Part shown: positions 1-13,245 of the stretch, piece after piece
How the letters are laid out: each line of letters begins with the position of its first letter
Position numbering within the stretch: the first letter of the stretch is position 1
From: Lama guanicoe
Taxonomy: Eukaryota
Direction: 5' to 3'
DNA length: 64,000 bases
Assembly (NCBI GenBank): GCA_013239625.1
Contig: MU054212.1
Location: 4,994,270-5,058,269 of the forward strand
Program-made: the position numbers and the translations under genes
The notes under the pieces: model-generated
The model's input: the letters and a program-made list of their open reading frames with translations, nothing else
Told to the model about the DNA's origin: nothing
Database searches by the model: none

Positions 1-169
1 TTTTGAATGTTGAATGGCAAAGGACAAAGATGAGATTCACTTGGTATGAAGGATGAAGGACTAAAGACCTCAAATGTGAGTGCAACCGTTTTCTGTCATT
101 AAAGACTATCCTGTCCATTCCATCTGTACTTTAATTGTAGCCAGAGACTGAAAACTTGCCTAGTAATAG

Positions 170-400
170 ATAAGAAATATATAATGCGTATTTTTGCCAG
201 GCTTTATTCTAAGTGTGCTACATGTACAATTTCTTTTCAATTTTTATCTCTGTGAATAAGATATTAGTAATATCTATATGGTATTGGTGATAAAATTTGG
301 AGAAGTTATTTGACTTTCTTAAGGTCATGCATGCATCTAGTACATAGCAGGAGTGGGATTTGAACACAGGCAGCCCGTATTCCTAATACCATGTCACTAA
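170..400 (-). mobile_element. MIR SINE fragment
   Basis: MIR-core-like 'agaagttatttgactttcttaaggtcatgc...ggagtgggatttgaacacaggcag' in reverse orientation; boundaries approximate. Confidence 0.7.
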
Positions 401-756
401 CCCTCTAATAAAAGTAGAATTGGTCACAACATTTTTCAATTTCGGTACTCCATGTTATGCCAATATTGAGGCAATTTAGTTCAGTATATAAAAGCAGTAA
501 TATCACAAATAAGGAAATTGTTTCAGTATTACTCTGATGCTACAATAAGCTGAGACAAGATCAAGGAATGTAATCAGGAGAGTGAACATTAGACAACAAT
601 GAAGTCTGAGGTTCAGTGCAAAAAGGAACAAACACCCCTACCTAAGCCCATATCAAGTTATGTCCTTTTATCAGAATTCTCAGAGGATTCTGGATTTTGC
701 CTTCATGGCATTATTCACAATTGAAATTATTTATAAAATTATTTGTATAATAATGA

Positions 757-1420
757 TCTTACCAAACCAAACTTGGATCCACTCGCCCATGCACTGACAC
801 CAGGTTGTGGTGAAGGAACGTACCGTGTTTATTGCAGATGCCAAGCGAAGAGTACTAGGTCATGCTGAGCTAATGCTCAAAAGATCTGAACTCCCCTGGA
901 GAGTTTCAGGAAAGAGATGTTAAAGGTGAGATAAGGGAGAGAGTTGCAGGGTGTGTGATCAGCTCATGCACCATTCTCTGATTGGTTGATAGTGAGAAAC
1001 AGAGTGGTGTCACAGGAGTTAAACCTCATCAACCCTCAGGCTCCAGCCCTTCTGGGAACTACACGCTCATGGTCATCATGCAGTTAACTTCTTCCATCTG
1101 GTAGAAGTTTTAGTATCTGTGAAATGACTCAGGAATGTGCATCAGACACTGGTTATCTATATACTTCAGAGAGGACCTAAAGATTCTGGTGGATGGCTGA
1201 TTTACTGTTCAAAGTGTTACCTGTTCTCCTGGCTCGGTTGTTGTTTTGTTGTTTTGTTGTTACTACATGTTCACATTCTTTCAATCATTAATTCTTAAGC
1301 CAGCCTTTTGTGACTCAAGGGAGACCTGGGAGACTAAAGCTTTTCTACAAACAGGAGGCAGGTAGAGGGCAAGTGGGGGTTCTGTCCTGGGAAGGCCTCA
1401 CAGGGTTCTGCTCAGTTACA
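757..1420 (-). mobile_element. ERV1-type solo LTR inserted in an L2-like fragment
   Basis: Abrupt GC rise; ends '(t)cttaccaaacc...ctcagttaca' (TG..CA, left end mutated); reversed polyA signal 'tttattg' near the left end; no clean TSD. Confidence 0.75.
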
Positions 1421-1865
1421 GTGTCTATCTGTCTGCTAAATTGTATCCCCAGGTATAACACAATGCTTCAAACATTGTAAGTATTTGACAAGTCTTTTCA
1501 AAGAAATTGCAAGTTGAATGCTCAGGAAGAGAGAGTCTAAACAGAAAGAAAACTCAATTACAAATGATTCCTAAAAGAAGTTTTGAATTGTAGTGATGTC
1601 ACTTGTCTGCTGATCTTTCACCGTGCTTTGCCACCTAGCAGGCTATAAGAGAGGCTTCTAAAGGCATCAGTCTCTTTGGAAAATATATGCTTTCCTTAAG
1701 TTTTCCAGGTACTTTGATTAGAAACTAATTACTGTCTTTTATATAACGAATTAACTGTGAACACATAGACCAAGTAAGAAATGTACTGTTTAACCGATAG
1801 CGTGAAATTCTCTACGTATATACGTATTGGGGGAAATAATTCCATTTTATCTTATGAATTTCATT

Positions 1866-2260
1866 TGGTCCATCAGTAGATAAATAGATAAAACACATTG
1901 TGGTATGTACATACAACACAATATTAATCAGCCTTAAAAAGGAAAGAATTTCTGACACATACTACAACATGAATGAAACTTGACATTATGCAAAGTGAAA
2001 TAAACCAAACACAAGAGAACAAATGGTGTGTGACTACACTTATATACTTATATCAGGTACATAGAGTAGTTAGATACATAAGTATGGAAAATAGAATGGT
2101 GGTTACCAGGGTCAGGGCAAAGGAGGAAATGGGGACTTGTTTTTTAATAGGTACAGAGTTCCAGTTTGTGATGATGAAAAAGTTATGGAGATGTAATGGT
2201 GATGATTGTACAGCAATGTTAATGTAATGAATGCCAAAGAACTGTTCAGTTATGAAATTA
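1866..2260 (+). mobile_element. L1 (L1MB-like) 3' end fragment
   Basis: 'tccatcagtagataaatagataaa...cagccttaaaaaggaa...gaatggtggttaccaggg...gtacagagttccagtttgtgatgatgaaaaagtt' is typical L1M ORF2 end/3'UTR. Confidence 0.85.
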
Positions 2261-2569
2261 TATTTTGTTTTGAAACATCAGTATGAGAAGTCAATAACTT
2301 TTTTTTAACTAAAGAGCTGTACAAATTTGGCAAGTAATGTTCTTGACCTTTGTCTAACTTTATATTTATTTAAAATAGAATATGAAATTTTTAAAATAAT
2401 CAAAAGTATGTAAAACATTTGAACACAAGTGGACATACACACAATAGAATATTATGTTGATCATATTAATCCATATCAATGTTAATGTTTGTAATACTCC
2501 TATTATTGTTGTAATAATTTTACTGAGAATGCTATTTTAGATCTTTCCTATAATATGCATTTGTACACT

Positions 2570-2810
2570 GGCAAATGGAGGAATTAAGAGTCTAAGTCCG
2601 GTCATGAGTTTCCTAAGAACGACTGTCCATTCCACTAATATAATTGTGAGAACTTCACAAGTATTTCAATATTCTGCACTTCAGTTTTCTCATTTATAAT
2701 ATAGAAAAAGAACACTTACTACCTCATAAAGATGATTGAGTTACATATATTAAACCTATAAACTTATGTGGCACATATTTTGCTCAAAAATCAATGTCAG
2801 GTATATTACT
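2570..2810 (+). mobile_element. MIR fragment
   Basis: 'ctgcacttcagttttctcatttataatatag...acttactacctcataaagatg' MIR core. Confidence 0.6.
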
Positions 2811-5800
2811 CTTGCCCAAATACATAATATTTGACATCATACTGAGTTTGCAGACATCAATTTCAAAGTATTTTAAAATAGGTGGTTATTATGTAGTTAT
2901 GTGGCAGTCTTCACAAGTGTTCAGAGGTTACCTCGTACAACTATTTTCAAACCATTTACATGGTTAAGATGATAACAATTTCAGAGCAGAACTTTTAAAT
3001 CCATTCAAAATCACTATGGTGCCAAAAAGAAGTACAATTTTTATAATAATAACATTCTTTGTAAACCACCATTATGAACAAATTGATCTAGATTTGTAAT
3101 GCGATTCTGAAGTATAAGATAAAAAAGAACTGTATCAAAATTGACTCAAAATATTCCACATTTAGTGTTTCCCCGAGAGCAAGAAGAGAATTGTTAACCA
3201 ACATTACATCTCATGTTTATCTCATACATTTATGAATGCTAACGTTAACCATGAAATAAAGAAGCCATTAATAATTATAAATATCAATTTCAAAACTATA
3301 TGCTTATGTTCACACACAACAAAAATATTCTGTTTTGTGAGTCAATGTTCCAGACATGTCAGAAAAATAAAATATGCATATGGTTCAGAATTGAACTTTA
3401 TTTTAAACTGAGATGGTGTACCATAAATAAAGAGGAAATAAAATGTCAGTAAGACAATACTGAGTATTCAAATGTGAGTGAATTTCTCCAAGGTAACATA
3501 GATCATGGTGCATTGATAGGCTTGTGCTAATAGCCATTGACAGTAGATGTACCTCTGAATTCATGATAAGTAGAACTGGAGCTACTTGGTAATTTATATT
3601 TAAATACTAGGAAATGTAAACTAAGTCTTTAAACAGATTTCTAAATAATGTTCAAGTATTTTAATTCTCGAGTTAGTAAATATGCTACATTGATGACTTA
3701 ATTTTTAAAAAGAACATTCTAAGAAAAAGTGTATTTATAATGTCAAAATTCTTCTTTTTAGGGCAACTCTCTCTTGTTAAACAATATTCTTGATACGGTG
3801 TGCACTGTGTGAAAATAAGCCACTTTTAAGGTAGCTATAACTTTGTTTTATGTGTCAGTGTTACTGGTAACTTTGACTCAGATTTGAAAAAGTATTTCAA
3901 TCATAACCATGGAGTTATTATATTTTTGTATTATATCAGAGTAAAAGGAAGAGAACAATGCTCAATTCACCAATAATATTAAGCCATAAATGTATTGCTA
4001 CAAAATATTATTTGATGTTGGTTCGTGCGTAGCAATTATAAAGAACTCTAAAGAAAAAAAAGTAGAACGCAAAGAAATCAAATGGCTCTGATAATAATGC
4101 TTTCTGGAAGAGTGGAAAGACTTTTCTCATTTATATGAACCAAACAAATAATATTCGTTTAATTTCAAAGTCTGAATTCAAAGCATGATTGGTACATTTT
4201 AATCTAAATAAGGCTCTGATAAAATATACTGTGGCAAAAACATTTATCTTCTTATTTACTTGTTACTTCTATATTGTTCTTTTTTTTAAATTTCTTTAAT
4301 TTATTTTCCCAAACAACTATTTGTTGGTTCACGAAGGCGAACATACAATTCAACAAAAGAAAATAAGTATAAAGTAGAGATTTTGTTTTAAAAATATTAC
4401 AGGGAACACTAGAAAATACTTCTCTAAAGATACAGAGAAAACTCTTCTTTATGAAGACCCACAGAGAAAATTCCTTTCTGATTGAAGTGTTAACCAGTGG
4501 TGACAAGAATCTTGTTATTGTGGTTTACAGATTGCCCTGGAATCCCTAAATCTAAATGTGCATCCATGTCTAGCACATGCACAGAACTTGTGACTTGGTA
4601 CTTGCGTTCTATTCTTACACTTGCTACAATCTTGTTACCTTATTTCCTTAGAATTATTTTCTGTTTAATTAAGATTTTGATCCCTAAATCAGAAGAACTT
4701 TCTTTTTATTTTTTTCTTTTTGCTAGGCCATATTCTTCCTTTGTGGGATTTAAATATCTAATGGTCTAGCAAAGTTAATGCAAAGAGAAAAATAAGAAAG
4801 TAAGCCAAAAGGTAAGGAAGGTGTGAATACAAAAAGTTGGTTAATGACAAAAAATATCTCTTTGGCACAAGTAGAATGCATTTTGGATGTGCTGCTTGAG
4901 TGCATAACCAACAATAATTAGTTTAGTTATAACAATTTTTTATGACGTCCTTTTATGTATGATTATGTCATCAAGTCAGCTTATGAACCAGTAAGTCAGG
5001 AATGTCATCTGACCTTACCGACTTCTGTTATAGAGAATTTAAGAGCAGATCAACTTTTGAGGGTGGCTAAAGGCATAGAGGGAGAGTGTATCTTCCAGAC
5101 ACTGTTTCATATGAAGAAATAAACAACCTGAGGCAACTATCAAAGTATAAGAAGTATGGTTCTATTAAGTTTGTTTTATGTGTTGAATTATGCTTATTTA
5201 CTTACATCCTTGATTGGTCCGATTTTCACAGAGAAGGAAGTTGATGTGGGTACTATAAAAAGTATCAGTCTTTCTAAATCCTTTCTAGCTTTATATTCAT
5301 AAAAGCAAAAGAATTGACTGATGTAGGATTCCTAAGGTTCAATGCCGAGATTTGATCACACATCTTAAAAATTGCATGAAAATGTATAAATATTTTCCAG
5401 TTATAAAATTCTTCAAATTAAGCCATTTGTTAAGTAGAAATAAAAAAAAAAGCTTGTGTAATTTGAAAGAAAAGAAAATACCATTTATGAGAAATGAAGA
5501 AACTGCTTACTACCTTTTGAAGTGTCTCTAAGGAAGGAAAAAGATCAGATTTTCTCTCCCCACCATACTGGATTAAGTTAATTTAAAGGATTGATCCTAT
5601 TTTTCTAATACTGTAATAGCTATAAACTCTCATAGATTAAAAAAATGTAGTTTTAGATATGTGTCATAAACTCTTGTTAAATCTTTTTTTTCAAAATTAG
5701 AAACCTGCTAAATAAACATTGTAATAAATGCTGTCTTTAAGAATACTTGCCTCCTCTTACATTTCATATAACACTTCATATATATTTTCTCACCTAGAAC

Positions 5801-5859
5801 TTTCTTCATTTTGGGGGGGAGGGTAGTTAATTGGGTTCACCTGGAACTTAATATTTTAT

Positions 5860-6070
5860 TGCTGACCAAATAAAAGATGAAGACTGAATAAATAACATAC
5901 ATGGAGATAAATCTGTAATGTATCTGATGAGTCAGGTACAGTAAATTGTAAGCCAAAGGAGAGGTCAAGGGGAGAGTACATACATGTGGGGAAAGTGACA
6001 GTCACTGAGGAATGAGAAAGATGACAGTAGTGGTCGATGTCAGTGTTCGTGATGGCTGAGCATGCTCTCT
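5860..6070 (-). mobile_element. L2 fragment
   Basis: Purine-rich 'aggagaggtcaaggggagagtacatacatgtgggga' resembling antisense L2. Confidence 0.4.
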
Positions 6071-6706
6071 GCAGGGCAGAAAACACATAAAGAAGTGACT
6101 GAAATCACTTGAGAAGAGCTTAGTGACATTTCTCTTAGGAAACCTATTGCAGTTCTCTGATAATACAGAAAAGGTTCAATTGCCTAAATTTGTTCTAATC
6201 CAGAATAGTCTCAGAGCTGTTAACTAATCAGAAAATAACATTTCCATAATGACACGTTATAAGACCCATTTTCTACCTTGCTCCTCCTAAAAATTAAATT
6301 ACAGACATTTGGCAATTTTCCAAGTACTTTAAAAAAAATCCTTACTCTCTTGTCTGGCTATTTTAAGTTTTATTGTTTGGACTAGCACGTCCTGCCAAAG
6401 AGATAAAAAGAAATTAATGAGAAAGAAAATAAGATTTTATTTTCTTTTTAAGATTACTGACCCCAAAGGAAAGGCTGTTATAGTTTAAATTTGCTTTAAG
6501 TTGTTTTTGTTGCTGTTGTTCTTTTTTAAAAGAATGTGGTAGAAATACTGACTTGTCCCAAATTGATTCAGTGAAGGACTTGGGGAAGTCCTACCATAAA
6601 AGTGGAAACTTCGTTTTGTTTCTCTATGTGGGTGGACTTTAGACACTGACTAGCATTGTTGAGCCCTCAGAATTTCTAGCTGTGTAATTCTAAAAGCCTG
6701 CAGTAG

Positions 6707-6874
6707 GGGGAGGATATAGCTCAAGCGGTAGATTGTGTGCTTAGCATGAGCAAGGTCCTGGGTTCAATCCCCAGCACCTCCTCTAAAAGTAAATAAGCCT
6801 AATTATCTCCCCCACCCCCACCAAAATAAAAAAAAAAAACAATTAAATAGTACAATAATTAAAATATATATATA
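6707..6874 (+). mobile_element. Camelid tRNA(Ala)-derived SINE (Vic-1-like)
   Basis: A box TAGCTCAAGCGG, B box GGTTCAATCC, body 'aaataagcctaattatctccccc', A/AT tail; 16-bp TSD taaaagcctgcagtag (6691-6706) / taaaagcctccagtag (6875-6890). Confidence 0.9.
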
Positions 6875-7511
6875 TAAAAGCCTCCAGTAGGCTTGATGTG
6901 TGAAGCAGTTGATTACATTTGATTTTAGTTCCCATTTTGTAAAGATTTATATGCATTTTATTACAAATAAATTTACCTTGGCCCTATTGTATTTAGCAGT
7001 TACTTTGTCTATAAGAACAAAATAAAGTTCATAATCAATTAAATACGAAATAATATATATAGTGAATGATAGGTAATGGAAATCCTTAGTACCAGCAGCT
7101 CTTTATTTTAATCCTGTGCTCTTTTGGCAAGTTGCTCTTTGTCTAAACAATGTATTCTATTTCTTGTCTGTTATCTTCTGAAAGCTGTGTATTTGACAAT
7201 TTACATTTTTAAATATATATATATTTTTAAAAATTCTAACTTAGGTTGAAAGGACATGACGATGTTTGTATGCATAGGTAGCATACCATGCATAATATGG
7301 GGTTTACTTCCTGCTCATGACTAAATAAATGTAGGAAATCATATGTAAAATAGGGCATATGATGAGATAGAAAACATTTTGAAGTCACAATGGTCCTGGT
7401 TTCAAATCCAGTATCTAACTGAAAAAAGGCTGAGAATAAATGGCTTCCACCAATTTCAAGAAGTTCAGTATTTCAAACTCAAGTTTATTATTTAATGAAT
7501 AAAGTATTATT

Positions 7512-7650
7512 ATTTGATGGGTACAGAGCTGAGGTTTTACAACTTGACAAATGGTCTGGAGATTGGCTGCACAACAGTGCTACTGAATTGTGCACTAAAA
7601 TGGTTAAAAAGGTAAATTTGATGCTATTTATATTTTGCCAAACTAAATAT
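7512..7650 (+). mobile_element. L1M 3' tip fragment
   Basis: 'tgggtacagagc...tctggagattggctgcacaacagtg...actgaattgtgcactaaaatggttaa'. Confidence 0.75.
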
Positions 7651-8167
7651 ATATGTATAGATATATATATATAGATGTATATACATATCTATGTAAAAGA
7701 AATCATGAAAAATAAAATGATTTGAAGATTTCTTTAAAAGTTGTAAGATGTACTAACTAGTTCAACCCATTGTTCAGTATATGACCAAAAGTAACTTTCC
7801 AATGTATTACTATTTTTAAACACTTAGAATATTATTTGACACTGGGTCCTCATCCCTTAGACATTAAAGCAATCCTAAATCAACTGTTACATTGTTTGTA
7901 TCTCCATCTCTGTGCTGGGGAAGGGAGCTAGTAAAGGCTAGGGTGGAGGTCGGGGACAGAAACTTGACTTTCACTTTCCATATACTAACATTTTCATAGT
8001 AAAGTTTTCAGTAAATATTTGTTGAATGTAATGTAGATTCAAAATGACTTCAAGTGATGTTATTTATATGTAAAAATTTTGATATTTGTGATTTATTTTT
8101 GGATTCTCCCTCTTTTCCTCTCCCTGCATCCTTCCTTTCTTCCTCTTTCTCTCTAATTTTTGCTACT

Positions 8168-8221
8168 GTATAGTGGAAAGACTTAAAGGATATAGTATAG
8201 CGGAAAGACTTAAAGGATATA
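8168..8221. repeat. 27-bp tandem duplication
   Basis: gtatagtggaaagacttaaaggatata + gtatagcggaaagacttaaaggatata (one mismatch). Confidence 0.95.
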
Positions 8222-9721
8222 TCTGCTGTCCAAAGTTAATTCAACCTCTTGTTTATAAATAAAAGAAACATGAACTTGAAAAGAGGGATAATTATGAAAC
8301 AAATAATTTCAGTTGTTTTCTCTTTTAACAGTAATCTCCCACCTAAGAAAGAGACCTGTATGTGACCTTAAATAAAAGTGGATGATAATGAAGTTTTATT
8401 TGCTATATTACCTCCTAAGTCTCAACCGTTATTAGTGCAAAAATATGCCAACTTTTCCTACGTAGTATAGAGCTACTAATTCATTTTCAATAGAATATTG
8501 TATATTATGACTTCCAGCATGGAGTTTAATATCATGTTGCTTGTTCTCTCACAGTGAATTAGACACGAGAAATGCTTCAAGAAAACTGAACCTAGATTAG
8601 CATTTCAGGCTTCAGATAATCCTTAGTTTCTCTTTTAAGGCAGCATGTACGGATAGTCTTCCCTTCCACTTCCCTCTATGTGTTGTTTCTCTATCAAGGT
8701 TTATCTTTTTGCCTTGCTGTGTCCTTTTGCTTCTGAACCTCAATTGATAGAAAAAAGAAATATTACTTTTTTCACCTTCCTACTCTGTGTACATCATGCT
8801 TCGGAAGTTACTTACCACTCAAGCAGCATGAAGAAAAATAACATTTTTAGTGAAGAAGAAAAGTTAGATTTTAGAGCAAATCCAAGATACCAATGCAAAT
8901 TAAATGAAAATTGAGAGAGTTAGATTTTTTTCACATGAATAGATATTTTCTTACAGAATAAACACAGGGCTGCTTGAGTGGAAAAACCACTGTTTGGCAA
9001 AGGACAGGAGAAAAGCTGTCCTATTTTACATATAAATGAAACAGTGATTTTTAAAAATATGTGTATTGAAGTTACAGAAGCAATTGGAAATCAGAAAGAA
9101 ATCTGTAGCCCCTCCCACCAAAAAAACCTACCTATCTAATTAATGACTACATTTTTCTACTTATTGGTGAAAATTTTTTAAGAATAAATTTGAAATATCC
9201 TTTCTGCAAAAATTAACAAGATCTAAAGTATAAATTAAACTTTTGCCTTGAAAAAAGGGATAATTTAGAAAATTAGGAATAGTAATATGAGTAATATTTT
9301 CAGTATCTAAATTATATAAAATTTAATACATCAGGGGGCTGTGTTTCATTGTAGCTTTCTGTAGAAGTGTTCTTTTTTGGGAAATATTTCACATATTTAA
9401 TAGAAATAATATTAGCATTCTGAAAATATATTACATTCAAGGGCACACATGAGGATTCCTCACCTTACAGGCTATATTGATACATCTCAAATAGATATTT
9501 TATTTAAATACATAGAACTTAATGATCTAGATTTCATAGTCATAGTCCATTTTTAAGATTTTTGAAATTTTGTCATTTATTACTGAAAACTAAAAAATTT
9601 CTGAGTTCTACTAGCTGTGTTTTATTAATTTAACTTTGTGCATGTGTTTAATCAGAAGCCTAGGCCAGGTCTTGTTTATTTTAATTAGAGATTGTCCCCA
9701 AGTAAAATGTTAATGATTTAG

Positions 9722-10068
9722 GGGTTGTATCTAAAATTAAGGAACTCCTTTCTCCTGTGTTTTACCCGAGAAGTTTTATAGTTTGAAATTTTGTATTGAG
9801 GACCATCACATATTTTGAGTTCATTTTTATATAAGGTATGAGGTATGTATCCACGTTACCTTTTCATTTTACTTTAGTTTATTTTGCATATGGATATCCA
9901 GTTGTTCCAGCAGCACCATGTATTGAGAAAAATCATTCTTTTCCATTGGATTGATTTCCATGTTGTCAAAAATCAATCGGCTACATTTATGTGGGCTTAT
10001 TTCTGGACTCTTTATTCCAACTGTTGTTTCTATTTCTAATACCGTATTGTTTTGATTACTGTAGCTTA
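9722..10068 (-). mobile_element. L1 ORF2 fragment (antisense)
   Basis: 'ttttgcatatggatatccagttgttccagca...tgtgggcttatttctggactct...ttttgattactgtagctt'. Confidence 0.85.
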
Positions 10069-10104
10069 TGGTGAAAAAGAATAAGAAAATAAATATATGT
10101 ATGT

Positions 10105-10182
10105 TTATGTATACCTTAAATACATACTATTTTATTTGTCAATTATACATTAATAAAACGGGAAAATAAAGTTAAAAAAAAG
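10105..10182 (+). mobile_element. L1MA-like extreme 3' tip with A-rich tail
   Basis: 'accttaaatacatactatttttatttgtcaattatacattaataaa...aaaaaaaa'. Confidence 0.65.
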
Positions 10183-10689
10183 AATAGCAATGCAGAAAAT
10201 ATAATGTTGAGGACATCCTTCTCTAATCCTTTTGAGCACTTTAGTCATAGCAGTTCCAAACTTTACTCCATTTTCAAAGCTAGCCCATTCACGTCAACAA
10301 AAGTGTTGGAGCCACATCTGGAGAAAATGAATATAATATGTATGATTTCTCTCGTTTCATCTCTCCCATCTTCAACTCTGTTTTACTTATCCTTACATTT
10401 GTTACATTTGCTTTAAATTCAAAAGACTCAGTCCTTAGGTCCAAAGTTAGTATATCCTCTCGCACTCTTGTCGCCCCTACTCCCTTGTTTTTCCTTGAAT
10501 TCTTTAAAAATTCATATTAGGTTAGCAACTGTGTGCTTTTTTAACTCTGCTTCATTCCCAGTGCCTAAGTCAGCATCGATGTCTATATCAGTACCTACAC
10601 TACATTTATTATGTGCTCTATACATATGTCCCTCTTTCCCTCTCTCCCATTTTTAATATAGGCCTTCTCAGTTTGTTTTTTACTTTTCT

Positions 10690-11110
10690 TCAGAGAGTCT
10701 CAACTTTCTCATGCTTCTCTTCTCCAGTATCATCTCTTCATCCCTCTTTCTTATCACACTCTTCTTGTTCCCTTCATTCCACTAAAATGTTTTTATAATT
10801 ATCAGTTACCTATCTCCAAATCAATGGTCTCTTCACATTTCCCCTGACTTTTCTGTTATCTCTGCATAAAAATTAAAGTTTGCTTTTTAATTTTTTTAAT
10901 CCTTGACCTACAAAATTTTATCTCTATTCTTCTTCTACCTCTTGTATTGTTCTATCTCAGTATCCTTGTTGACTTCCATCCTCCTGTTGTTAATCAGATG
11001 CTCCCCAACATTCTCCCAAAGTTTATTTTATTCTATTTATACATTTTTCTTGTGATGTTCCATCTACTTTCATAGCTTCACATGTTTTAGAAATGACTGT
11101 TAATTAACAT
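10690..11110 (+). mobile_element. L2 fragment
   Basis: Pyrimidine-rich 'ccaaatcaatggtc...tcttctacctct...tctcagtatccttgttgacttc' L2 signature. Confidence 0.55.
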
Positions 11111-11352
11111 CTATTACACTGTAGCCTGTACTAGGATGGTGTGTTTATCATTTCATACAAGGCCCACACAATCTTACATCAGGAGGTGCTGATTTTCACA
11201 TTTTAAAATAAAGGATATATGAATGCCAAATGGCTAGGTAAAGATGGGCTAAAAATCAAAGTAAGTGTATCTGATCCCAAAACATTTCAGTTACATCGCA
11301 CTATCTCCCTTCTTGTATGTAACAGTTTATTCTGTTTTGATTGTTTGTTTTA

Positions 11353-11372
11353 TGTGTGTGTGTGTGTGTGTG
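11353..11372. repeat. (TG)10 microsatellite
   Basis: Direct reading. Confidence 0.95.
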
Positions 11373-13074
11373 TATGTGGATTTAAAGTGCTAGAAATGGG
11401 AACACTAGAGCTCCCTGGGAGAATTTCTATCAGATGAGATAAGTCAGGAACCTTGTAGGAAAGTTTCCCATTCTGACACTCCTGTGTTTTGATCCTGGAA
11501 TCTAATTGGGAAAGAGGCATAGAGATCAAAGGTGGTTATGTGTGTTGACGTCATCTTCTAAAATGGTCTTCTTTAGATAATATCTGTGATAATTACGTTC
11601 AGAACTCCCCAAAATGCCGCACAGGGTTAACTGTGTTTAATGTTCTGGGTAGTTGTTTCACGTTCCATAATCATTCTAGAAAGAAATTTGCCACACACCC
11701 ATGTCACATTTTCTATCATGAATGAATTTAGGTCTAGAGTTTTTAATAAAAATTTAGACATCGTATAAAGTCAAAGCTAGACCCAAAGGGCTGATAACAA
11801 TCTCTCCTTGAGTCAGGAGAGCAAAATTACTGAATTATAAATCTAAGCATTTTTCAGTGGAAAGTGTTATCTGATTCCCTTTATTAAATAGTTTCTTTGG
11901 GGGAAGTGATTGATGTGCTTTCTTGGACAACAAATACATCAGAGCACTTAGCAGAGTAAATTGAATGGGGATGGACTGAGAAAATAAGTCACTCTCAAGC
12001 ACTGTTGTTCTCCAAATGGTTCATACTATTTATAATTGACTCTGAAAACATACATTTGTGTAAGATAAAATGCAGCCATGAATTAAGATGAACATGGTTT
12101 ATCTCCTCCTATTGTGTCTTATAATAATCAATACTGATACTGAGATTTGAAAAAAAAACCTCACAAAAAATAGCAAAAGAAAACATGACCTTGAAGATGA
12201 AATTTTGTTTTTCTTTTGAATGCCATCATTAAAAAAGGATATTTCAGACACTCATTTTGAATGTATTATGGGTATAAATTTAATATGTTTGCAAAGACAA
12301 AAGGCAGTTCAATGTAATAAAAAAGTACACCAGAAATCAATCATCTAAATTATTATGAAGTCTTCTGATATCTCAAAACCCTTGCGAATCTCACAGCTGA
12401 GCTACCATGCTGAAATGCTAATGTGTGAGTTTTCCTATCAAGTGCAGAAAGAAAAGGTGCAAGATTATTTTGGTCCTCTCAGAAACCAAGGCTTCACACA
12501 TCTGACAACACTTTAATCAGGACACCAAAGCAAATGTAGAACTGTTTCCATTTTTAGTTTCACAACTCATTTGTTAGTGTTGTAAAAGAACAGCGTGTTA
12601 CATGATAACCATTTGATGTTTATTTTAGGTGTGTGTTATTCTTTATGTGGAAGTTTCCTGATGCAAAAGCTTAGTTACTCTTTATACTACCATCTGGTTG
12701 GTGATGCCTCAGTGGAAACTTCCTATAATCTGGCTTGAAGTCAGAAATATTGTTTTAAAAGTTTCCTGTAGGTTAACATCTTAAGATGTTGTTCTAAATG
12801 TTTATTTTAGATACCTATATATCTAGTAAACTCAGGAACACCGTCAAAGCCTTTAAAATTCAGAACAAAAAGAGAAAAAGATCATTTTTCCTCTTCTTTT
12901 AAGCTTTGGACCAAGAATATATAATAGCCAAATATTGGACTAGATGCCTTAGAGAACTAAAAGATGAGTATAGTCCAGATGGTGATCCACACGCTGTCTC
13001 CTGCCGGTAACATCCATTACCAACCTTCTAAATGTTAATCACATCTCTCTTCTCATCTGGCCACTAACTAAACT

Positions 13075-13206
13075 TCATTTACTGTATTTTTATATACAAA
13101 TTGTATATATTCAAGGTGTACCACATGATGTTTTGATACACATATACATAGTGAAATGATTATTACAGTCAAGCTAATTAATTATCTATCTCCTCCCATA
13201 CTTACC

Positions 13207-13245
<39 letters not shown>

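Noticed and set aside
1813..1826. 14-bp perfect palindrome tacgtatatacgta
   Set aside because: Derived from TA-rich low-complexity sequence; expected by chance.
6707..6780. tRNA-Ala gene
   Set aside because: Followed by a SINE body and A-rich tail and bounded by TSDs; the same applies to 14719-14790.
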